DNA of 11,970 nt from assembly GCA_038203565.1 (NCBI GenBank), contig JBBRDV010000041.1, positions 1-11,970 on the forward strand. The letters run 5' to 3'. Shown in pieces: positions 1 through 7,432 of this stretch (position 1 is its first letter; the number at the start of each line of letters is the position of its first letter). Both the position numbers and the translations under genes were made by a program. The stretch comes from Atribacterota bacterium (GTDB taxonomy: Bacteria > Atribacterota > Phoenicimicrobiia > Phoenicimicrobiales > Phoenicimicrobiaceae). The notes under the pieces are model-generated. The model saw only the letters and a program-made list of their open reading frames with translations. It was not told the DNA's origin and made no database searches.

Positions 1-965
1 TTTTTAATAAATTCTTTATCTTCAATAAGACTCTGAATAAGTTTTTCAGAACCATAAGCATGATACCAGGGTGGAATAACTGCATGAAGCATGGTGCTGC
101 AAGCAGTATAAGGATATTGTTCGAATGTTATATCTACTCCCTCTTGACGGGAATCATCTATCAAATTAATTGCCTCTTCAGACAAACCCCAATTTCCTCT
201 TCCCATGACCTTAAAATGAGTGACAATAACAGGAATTTCTGACTTTTTACTAATTTCAATAATTTCTTTGATTGAAGGGATAATATGATTTGATTCATTC
301 CGAATGTGAACGTTAAATATTCCATTGTACTCTTTAATCGTTTTAGCCAGTTCAATGATTTCACTTGAAGTTTGGTATGACCCCGGGGGATAAACTAAAC
401 CGGCCGAAAGTCCTCTTGCTCCGGCTTCCATGGATTGAATAATAATTTTCTTCATTTCATTTATTTCATCATCATTTGCCTCTCTATCAGTCATCCCAAG
501 GACTTTTAAGCGTATGGTACCTAAACCAACATAAGAAGTTATATTATCCGACGGTTTAGCTTGAGCAATCACATTTAAATAATCCGAAAAACTTCGCCAA
601 TTCCATTCTATTTCCGGGTTACCGTCTAATCCCGAAAGATGTTTTTTCCAGGTTGCAATATTCATCTCATCTATCGGTGCAACAGACATTCCATCCATTC
701 CAACATTTTCGGTTGTTATTCCTTGCATGATTTTCTGTTGTGCCAAAGGATCTGTCAGTATAAATAAATCAGAATGGCTGTGACCGTCTATAAAACCGGG
801 AGCAACATAAAGACCTTTTGCATCAATAATTTTCGTAGCAGCCATTTCTTTTGTAAAACGACTTATTTTAATAATCTTATTATTTTCAATGGCAATATCA
901 CCGTAATACCATGGATTGCCTAATCCGCTAATTATTTTTCCATTTTTTATTAAAACATCATACAT
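1..965 (-). CDS. N-acyl-D-amino-acid deacylase / D-aminoacylase family amidohydrolase, paralog 2 (3' end beyond the left edge of the window)
   Basis: Not in the ORF track because it has no stop in the window. Translated by hand from ATG at 965 (RBS AGAAGGA upstream), open to the edge: MYDVLIKNGKIISGLGNPWYYGDIAI...VAPGFIDGHSHSD...QGITTENVGMDGMS...GLSAGLVYPPGSY...NVHIRNES...VTHFKVMG...FEQYPYTACST. It has the HxH metal motif and both later His ligands, and is collinear with the 541-aa neighbour. Confidence 0.93.
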   Translation of the reverse strand, partial: MYDVLIKNGKIISGLGNPWYYGDIAIENNKIIKISRFTKEMAATKIIDAKGLYVAPGFIDGHSHSDLFILTDPLAQQKIMQGITTENVGMDGMSVAPIDEMNIATWKKHLSGLDGNPEIEWNWRSFSDYLNVIAQAKPSDNITSYVGLGTIRLKVLGMTDREANDDEINEMKKIIIQSMEAGARGLSAGLVYPPGSYQTSSEIIELAKTIKEYNGIFNVHIRNESNHIIPSIKEIIEISKKSEIPVIVTHFKVMGRGNWGLSEEAINLIDDSRQEGVDITFEQYPYTACSTMLHAVIPPWYHAYGSEKLIQSLIEDKEFIK

Positions 966-988
966 AGTTTCCTTCTTTTAATCAATAA

Positions 989-2614
989 TTATTTCCCTTC
1001 GATACTTTGTCTTTTTAGAATTTCCCCAGGTTTTAATCCGGTAATTTTCCCATTATCAACAGCTAATTGTCCATTAACAATCACATAATAAATACCTTCC
1101 GAATATTGGTGTGGATTATCAAATGTTGCCTTATCCTTTATCTCATCCTTATTAAAAATCGTAATATCGGCCCAATATCCTTCCTTAAGTATCCCTCTAT
1201 CTTTTAATCCAATCTTATTTGCAGGTAAAGAGGTCATTTTTTTTATTGCCTCTTCCAGGGTTAAGGTTTTCTCTTCTCTAACATATTTACCAAGTACCCG
1301 GGAAAAAGAGCCATATCCTCTGGGGTGTGGCTTTCCTCCGCCACTAGGAGCAATCACCCATGAATCGGAGATAATTGTTGATAGGGGACTGGAAATGACT
1401 GTTTTCACATCTTCTTCATCCATACAGAAAAAGACCATGGTCGCTTCCCCTTTAATTTTAATGAGCCAATCAAAAAGCGCTTTAAAGGGTTGATGGAATT
1501 GATTCCTCTCTTTAAATATGGTTTCCAGGGATTTTCCTTCAGCATCTTTATCTAAGGGACATTCAGCTACCATAATATTTTCCCATCCAATTCCTTTAAT
1601 CCAATTTTCCCCTTTCATTCTTCCTTCTGTAATGTCTTTTTCAATTTTCAATCTCTCTTCCTGGTTGTTTAACCGTGTAAGCATCTTCTTTACACCACCT
1701 TCCAAAGTCCATGGGGGCAATAATGAGCTGACAGTGGTCATGGCAGCTGTATAAGGATAAACATCACAATTGATATCTACTCCTCTTTGCCTGGCGCTTT
1801 CCAACATTTTTAAACTATCTTTTACTTTCCCCCAGTTAGCCTTACCAATAGCTTTATGATGGGAAATCTCTACCGAAATACCATTTTCCTCTCCAATTTT
1901 TATAGCTTCTTCTACGGATTCCAGTAATTCATCACTTTCATTTCTTAGATGAGTAGTATATAATGCATTAAATTTTTTTAAAACAGCTGTCAATTCAATA
2001 AGCTCTTCGGTGGTGGAATAACTGCCCGGAGGATACACTAACCCCGTTGATAATCCAAATGCTCCTTCTTCCAACTCCTGTTTTAAAATGGTTTTCATTA
2101 TATCCATCTCTTCTTTTGAAGCCCTGGTCATTTCAAATCCTTTTACAGCTATCCGTAAAGTCCCTTGACCGACCAAGGGAGCCAGATTAATGGCCGTATT
2201 ATTTTTTTTTATTTTTTCGAAATATTCCTTAGATGTTATCCAATCCCATTTGTAATCAAAATCATTACGCAAAAAGGGAGAAAGATAAGTTTTAGTAAGT
2301 TCCAAATTATCGGAACTAATGGGCGCCATCGATAAACCGCAATTACCGACCAAAGATGTGGTGACACCTTGCATTATGTAGCATTCAGCATTTGGGAATG
2401 CCAATATTGCATGGTCGGAATGATTGTGCATATCAATAAAACCGGGAGAAACAACTAATCCCTTCGCATCTATAGTTTTATTTCCCTTTTCGTTAATTTC
2501 ACCAATTCTAATGATTTTTCCTTCACTGATTCCAATATCAGACTTAAATGGTCGGTCATCTGTTCCATTAAATATTTCTCCTCCTTTAATGACTATATCA
2601 AAACGATTACTCAT
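989..2614 (-). CDS. N-acyl-D-amino-acid deacylase / D-aminoacylase family amidohydrolase, paralog 1
   Basis: 541 aa with family motifs PGFIDMHNHSD (HxH), GNCG (bridging Cys), GLVYPPG, THLRNE, SHHK, DVYPY, IISD (catalytic Asp), PHPRGYGSF and ADITIF. RBS AGGAGG precedes the ATG. Confidence 0.95.
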   Translation of the reverse strand: MSNRFDIVIKGGEIFNGTDDRPFKSDIGISEGKIIRIGEINEKGNKTIDAKGLVVSPGFIDMHNHSDHAILAFPNAECYIMQGVTTSLVGNCGLSMAPISSDNLELTKTYLSPFLRNDFDYKWDWITSKEYFEKIKKNNTAINLAPLVGQGTLRIAVKGFEMTRASKEEMDIMKTILKQELEEGAFGLSTGLVYPPGSYSTTEELIELTAVLKKFNALYTTHLRNESDELLESVEEAIKIGEENGISVEISHHKAIGKANWGKVKDSLKMLESARQRGVDINCDVYPYTAAMTTVSSLLPPWTLEGGVKKMLTRLNNQEERLKIEKDITEGRMKGENWIKGIGWENIMVAECPLDKDAEGKSLETIFKERNQFHQPFKALFDWLIKIKGEATMVFFCMDEEDVKTVISSPLSTIISDSWVIAPSGGGKPHPRGYGSFSRVLGKYVREEKTLTLEEAIKKMTSLPANKIGLKDRGILKEGYWADITIFNKDEIKDKATFDNPHQYSEGIYYVIVNGQLAVDNGKITGLKPGEILKRQSIEGK

Positions 2615-2755
2615 ATTCTATCCTCCTATTGATGTTAATCTATCGTTTAAATTTCTATATTATTTTTAATAGTCCTGGTCGCATATGGATATAAAAATTG
2701 ACTCTGTTTAGGGCTTTAATATCAAAATAGAATTGTATCCTATTAAACCTGGATA

Positions 2756-4072
2756 TTACCACGAACCGACTACTTTAGAACCCAATATGAGAGTTGGCAG
2801 CCAGCATGATAGAGCAGGAAGATAGGTCGTAAGAAATAAAACTGGTAATGCCACGGCAAACAAGAACAATAGCATGGGTTTTACTAATTGATCATAGGAT
2901 ACACCGGATAAACGAGAACCTACAAAAATTGAAATTGCATATGGCGGTGTAATTACTCCTATACCAATATTTACTACAATAACTGCCCCCAGATGAACAA
3001 GATTCATATTAATATCCGTAATAAGGGGTAAAATCAACGGTACAACTACAATTAAGATTGGGATACCATCAATAAACATTCCCAGAACAAGTAAAAGAAC
3101 ATTTATCATTAACAATATTAAAAGTTTATTCTGAAACAGCCCTATAACTGATGTAGCCATTAATTGGGCTACTCCTTCTCGGGTAAGCACTCTTGCAAAA
3201 ACTGTCCCAAACGCAATCAATACGAAAACCATCCCCAGCGAAATGAGAGCACTACGTGTTTCTAACCATATGTTTTTCCTGTCTAATTTCCGATACACCC
3301 ATAAACCGATAAATAGAGTATAAACTACTGCAAGGGCACCGGCTTCATTGGGTGTACATATTCCTCCGTAGATTCCTACCAATACAACAACGGGACAACC
3401 TAATGCCGGTAATGCACCCCATACGGCTTTAACCTTCTCTTCCCTTGTTAAATCATGAATTTTTTCCTTGGTAGGATGCATGTATTTATCAACAATAAAA
3501 TAATTAAGTATCATATAACCTCCTGCAAGTAAAAGTCCGGGAATAATAGTTGATAAAAATACTGCAGCAACTGATTGATGAGCGATAAGACAGTAAATTA
3601 ATACTGGCACACTAGGAGGAATTAAATAGCCTAAAAAACTGGAAGAACATAAAACAGCAGTAGTATATCTTCGTTCATATCCATATTTTTCCAAAGGACC
3701 AACCAATAAAGGGATTAAAGCAGATATACAAGGAACAGAGGAACCCGTTAAAGCACCTAAGAATAAGGTTGCAACTATACCGACTGCTATCATTCCTCCT
3801 TTAACATTTCCTACGATAACATGGGCCAAAAGAACAAGTTTTTCGGCAAGTCCAGCTGAAGACATTAAGCTACCTGCTAAAATAAAGAAAGCAATTGCCA
3901 TAAGAATATAACTATCTAAAGCATGATAATAAGTACCTGCCATAAATGATAAAGAACTATTTGAAAGGGTTAAACTGGTAACTGAACTGGCAAGAAAAAC
4001 CCAGCACAGAGGAAGTCCTATTATAATGCCTAAAAAGAAAACTAAAAGCCCAATAAATATTCCAATTCCCAT
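2756..4072 (-). CDS. dctM: TRAP transporter large permease subunit
   Basis: 438-aa very hydrophobic protein with DctM motifs AIAFFILAG, GSS, LIPPS, TPNEAG, LGMFID and ITPPY. RBS GGAGGT lies at the end of dctQ, and the ATG is 2 nt after the dctQ stop. Confidence 0.95.
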   Translation of the reverse strand: MGIGIFIGLLVFFLGIIIGLPLCWVFLASSVTSLTLSNSSLSFMAGTYYHALDSYILMAIAFFILAGSLMSSAGLAEKLVLLAHVIVGNVKGGMIAVGIVATLFLGALTGSSVPCISALIPLLVGPLEKYGYERRYTTAVLCSSSFLGYLIPPSVPVLIYCLIAHQSVAAVFLSTIIPGLLLAGGYMILNYFIVDKYMHPTKEKIHDLTREEKVKAVWGALPALGCPVVVLVGIYGGICTPNEAGALAVVYTLFIGLWVYRKLDRKNIWLETRSALISLGMVFVLIAFGTVFARVLTREGVAQLMATSVIGLFQNKLLILLMINVLLLVLGMFIDGIPILIVVVPLILPLITDINMNLVHLGAVIVVNIGIGVITPPYAISIFVGSRLSGVSYDQLVKPMLLFLFAVALPVLFLTTYLPALSCWLPTLILGSKVVGSW

Positions 4073-4074
4073 TA

Positions 4075-4614
4075 TTATTTTTTACCTCCCCCGTATTTAA
4101 TATTCACTTTTTTTAATTTATCAATATCTTTTACTAATAAAGTAAATAAGTGTATTAATATTAATATCATGGTGATAAATAGAGTAGACATTAACCAACT
4201 TGTATTAAACCACCTAACAAGCGTGCCATATTCAGGATATTTTATTGCTCGCAACATAAACTTCCAGGTTACGGGTAAAAAAATTGCTACGATAACAATT
4301 GATACAATATTCAGAAAAATAGAATAAATATTATCAGCTCTTGGCTTTCCTTCGAAAATTTTTTGACGAAATATATCAATTGAAGTATGTCCTCTTTCCC
4401 GGGTAGTTAAAGAAGAAGTAATGAGCATAAAAAAAATAAAACAATATAATGCCAAATCATCAAACCACATTATCGGAAAATGTAAAAAATATCGATTAAT
4501 AATACTACAAAAAATAAGGATACTTGTTAACCATAATCCGGTTGCACATATAATATTTTCTACAATATCAATTATTTTTAACATTTTTTTTATAAAAATA
4601 TTAATATATTTCAT
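4075..4614 (-). CDS. dctQ: TRAP transporter small permease subunit
   Basis: About four TM segments and DctQ-like motifs (RYFLHFPIMWFDDLA, RGHTSID), located between dctP and dctM. I moved the start from 4653 to ATG 4614 (179 aa): GAGGT lies 10 nt upstream of 4614, while ATG 4653 is buried in a perfect hairpin. Confidence 0.9.
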   Translation of the reverse strand: MKYINIFIKKMLKIIDIVENIICATGLWLTSILIFCSIINRYFLHFPIMWFDDLALYCFIFFMLITSSLTTRERGHTSIDIFRQKIFEGKPRADNIYSIFLNIVSIVIVAIFLPVTWKFMLRAIKYPEYGTLVRWFNTSWLMSTLFITMILILIHLFTLLVKDIDKLKKVNIKYGGGKK

Positions 4615-4639
4615 ATTTTTCTTTACCTCTATAAATTCA

Positions 4640-4676
4640 TTATAAGCTCCCATTTAAAATAAATGGGAGCTTATAA
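4640..4676 (-). terminator. Perfect 16-bp inverted repeat between dctP and dctQ (mRNA-stabilising hairpin or partial terminator)
   Basis: TTATAAGCTCCCATTT (4640-4655), loop AAAAT, AAATGGGAGCTTATAA (4661-4676). No U-tract follows on the minus strand, so it is not a canonical intrinsic terminator. Confidence 0.7.
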
Positions 4677-4732
4677 CAAAATATCTTGCAATTAAACTTT
4701 AATTAAAACTTAATTATTTAAATACGATTAGC

Positions 4733-5812
4733 TTAATACGCATTATGGATTTTTTCCAATTCATCGATTACTTTTTGAGTCATATTTTCACCGGGATAAT
4801 TTTTTTCAAGCCATGGTTTACATAGTTCTTCCCATATTGCCGACATATTAGCTTTTTTCCTAAACAATTCTCTTTCTTCAGGGGTAGGATAGTATATTTC
4901 AACGCCACCATCGGCTATAATTTTTTTGAAGTCTGTATCTGCACGACGGTGAACTTCATACTCGCGTATTTCTGCAACTTTACCGGCTTTAATTAAAGCT
5001 TCTTGAATATCAGAGGGCAATTTATCCCATTTTTCCTTATTTATAACAATATTATTAGTTCCCCATGCCCATCCAAGTCCGGTATAATATTTCAACACTT
5101 CAAAATGTCTTTCTTCTACCATAGAAGACCATAAGCTCCAACATCCGTCTACTACTCCTCTTTCTAGGGCATTATAAAGATCTGCCCAGGGAATAGTAGC
5201 CACTGTCATCCCTGTTCCTGCTCCCATGTTTTGTAAAGCTTTAACAAAACCAAGAGATGAAGACACTCTCATTTTCAGATTCTTAAAATCATCAGGGGTT
5301 TTTAATGGTCTTTCATTGTTAGCCAATCCATAAGGACCTTCTAACCCGACAAAAAGGAAATGGCAACCGACTTCTTCCCAGGCTTTAGACATCACTTTAA
5401 ATAGTATGCCATCCGGAGAATTAAAAGCTACTGCAGATTGGTCGTAATTCTCAATTGTCCAAGGCATCCAATTAAGCATTCCACCGGGTACGAGGTTAAC
5501 ATACGGTGAGAAAATTCCTATCTCAATACTCCCTTCTTGTACACCATGAAATATTTCATCATGGGTACCAAGTGCTGCGTTCGGGTATAATTTTATTTCC
5601 ATTTTTCCATCCGAGTAAAGTTTAACTAGCTCACAAAATAATTGCATTGACTCATTTTGTAATTCTCTTGACCAGGGAACTCCAAAACGCCATTCATATT
5701 CTACTTTAGTTTCTGCTGCTGATGCTGGCAAAATAAATACCATTAACAATACAATTATAAGCAAGCCTACTGCCAATTTACATTTATCAAAAAAAAATAT
5801 ATATTTTCTCAT
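4733..5812 (-). CDS. dctP: TRAP transporter substrate-binding protein
   Basis: 359 aa. Sec signal peptide ending ILPASA/A; DctP motifs IKLYPNAALG, PLKTPDDFKNLKMRV (conserved carboxylate-binding Arg) and PWADLYNALERGVVDG. RBS GGAGGT. Confidence 0.95.
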   Translation of the reverse strand: MRKYIFFFDKCKLAVGLLIIVLLMVFILPASAAETKVEYEWRFGVPWSRELQNESMQLFCELVKLYSDGKMEIKLYPNAALGTHDEIFHGVQEGSIEIGIFSPYVNLVPGGMLNWMPWTIENYDQSAVAFNSPDGILFKVMSKAWEEVGCHFLFVGLEGPYGLANNERPLKTPDDFKNLKMRVSSSLGFVKALQNMGAGTGMTVATIPWADLYNALERGVVDGCWSLWSSMVEERHFEVLKYYTGLGWAWGTNNIVINKEKWDKLPSDIQEALIKAGKVAEIREYEVHRRADTDFKKIIADGGVEIYYPTPEERELFRKKANMSAIWEELCKPWLEKNYPGENMTQKVIDELEKIHNAY

Positions 5813-6016
5813 TTCGACCTCCGTTAAAATTTTAATAAATTACCATAATTTAATGTTTCCGTAAATTTTCTACAAAAGTAATATTTCCTCTAGCTATAAA
5901 AATAATTTAAGCCCCACCTCCTTTGACTTTTTGTCAGTGCCTTTCAGAAATACTAATGCCTTTGCTAGATAAGAATTTTGGCACTCCTTTAAGTATTGCT
6001 TCCATTTATGAAAACT

Positions 6017-6045
6017 ATTGCATAGTAAGCATTTTTAGAAGTCAA
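6017..6045 (-). promoter_or_regulatory. Candidate sigma70 promoter for the dctPQM-deacylase operon
   Basis: Minus strand TTGACT (6045-6040), 17-nt spacer, TGCAAT (6022-6017). The -35 is good but the -10 is imperfect, and it is overlapped by the small palindrome ACTAT-TGC-ATAGT (6014-6026). Confidence 0.35.
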
Positions 6046-6209
6046 TTTTCCTTACTTTTTATTGTTTCTTATGTATGTAGAGATAAATTTCCCTAATTTT
6101 AACCCTACTTTAAAATATCTTTAACTCTCGAAATCTTATATTTATAAGAATATAAACCACTATTATTTTAATTTAATCTTAATTATTATAATTATTAAAT
6201 TTGCCAAAT

Positions 6210-7332
6210 TTACAAGTTGTTAATTACTTCTTCTACAGAAGAATATTTTAGTTTAAAGGCTTTAGCTACTGGTTCGTAAGTAATTTTACCATCAATAGCA
6301 TTTAATCCTTTTGCCAAAGCTTTGTTTTCCTTTATTGCTTTTTTATAACCCTTATTAGCAATTTCTAAACTATAAGGTAATGTAGCATTAGTTAGGGCAA
6401 AGGTGGGAGGTCCGGGCGAAAGCTCCAGGCATATTAGTAACACAATAGTGTAGTACATTATGTAATTTAAATACAGGATCACTATGAGAAGTTGGCTTGC
6501 TTGTTTCTATACATCCTCCTTGGTCGATGGCTACATCTACTATAACGGAATTTGGCTTCATCATCTTTAGCATTTCCTTAGTTATTAATTTTGGAGCTTC
6601 AGCTCCAGGAATTAAAACTGCTCCAATTACTGCATCTGCATCTTTTATTTCTTCTTCTATATTATGCTGATTAGAAATTAATAAAGTTATGTTTTTAGGT
6701 AAAACGTCTGCTAAATATTTTAATCGATTGATACTAATATCTAATAAAGTAACATTTGCTCCTATACCAGCAGCTACTTTTGCAGCACAGGTACCCACAG
6801 TACCTCCACCAAGTACTACTACTTTGGCGGGCGCCACTCCGGGTACTCCACCCATTAGTACACCTCTGCCACCATAAGGTAGTGCCAGGTAGTAAGCAGC
6901 AACATGACCGGCCATTTTTCCAGCTACTTCACTCATAGGTGCTAACAAAGGTAAATGACCATCTTCAGTTTGAACGGTTTCGTAGGCAATACAGATAACT
7001 TTTCTCTTCATCATAGCTTGAGTTAATTCTAAAGAAGAGGCAAAGTGAAAGTAAGTGAAGAGAATCTGCCCAGGCTTCAAAAGATCATATTCAGAAGTCA
7101 AAGGTTCTTTTACTTTCATAATCATTTCAGCTGGGTTAAAAACTTCTTTTGCTGTCTCGAGTATACTAGCGCCTGCATTAATATATTCATTATCTTCAAT
7201 TCCACTACCTAAACCAGCTGATTTTTGGACCAGTACTTGATGTCCTGACTGACTGAAAGCTTTTACTCCAGCGGGGGTAATGGCTACTCTGTTTTCATTG
7301 TTTTTAATTTCTTTGGGAACACCAATTATCAT
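6210..7332 (-). pseudogene. ald: Alanine dehydrogenase, frameshifted by one extra base (true pseudogene or sequence error)
   Basis: MIIGVPKEIKNNENRVAITPAGV, MKVKEP, FTYFHFA, PMSEVAG, VLGGGTVG, DVAIDQGGC and HYCVTNMPGA are in frame 6388..7359. The natural continuation TFALTNATLPY...GLNAIDGKIT is in frame 6210..6482. Removing one G from GGG at 6405-6407 gives one 373-aa ORF from ATG 7332. Confidence 0.92.
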
Positions 7333-7432
7333 TATTTTTAATTTCCTTCTTATCATCACTAAATTTAAAATTATCAGAATTAAGCAGAAAAACTTGAATC
7401 GCTCTTTAGCTTTTAAGTTTTATTTAATATTT

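Noticed and set aside
60..364. ORFs 60..242 (+) and 161..364 (-)
   Set aside because: Antisense and out-of-frame shadows of the real deacylase gene at <1..965.
2161..2180. Inverted repeat TCCCTTG-ACCGAC-CAAGGGA inside deacylase 1
   Set aside because: A single 7-bp stem in coding sequence (PLVGQGT) with no U-tract; consistent with chance.
1518..2669. Plus-strand ORFs 1518..1754 and 2424..2669
   Set aside because: Antisense to the well-supported deacylase, with no recognisable motifs.
4421..4645. Plus-strand 74-aa ORF
   Set aside because: Antisense shadow of the AT-rich dctQ.
4615..4653. Longer dctQ start at 4653
   Set aside because: The ATG lies inside the 16-bp stem and lacks an RBS; ATG 4614 has GAGGT upstream.
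5789..5797. 9-nt homopolymer at the 5' end of dctP as a phase-variation tract
   Set aside because: Similar 8-9 nt A/T runs occur elsewhere in the window (e.g. 2202-2210) and the frame is intact; expected in AT-rich DNA.
5979..6000. TGGCAC...TTGCT on the plus strand as a sigma54 promoter
   Set aside because: The spacer is 11 nt instead of the required 5, and it points away from dctP.
6210..6482. 90-aa ORF as an independent gene
   Set aside because: Its C-terminal part is the frameshifted tail of Ald; its N-terminus is out-of-frame ald sequence.
6689..7240. Plus-strand ORFs 6689..6877, 6756..6938 and 7055..7240
   Set aside because: Antisense shadows of ald.
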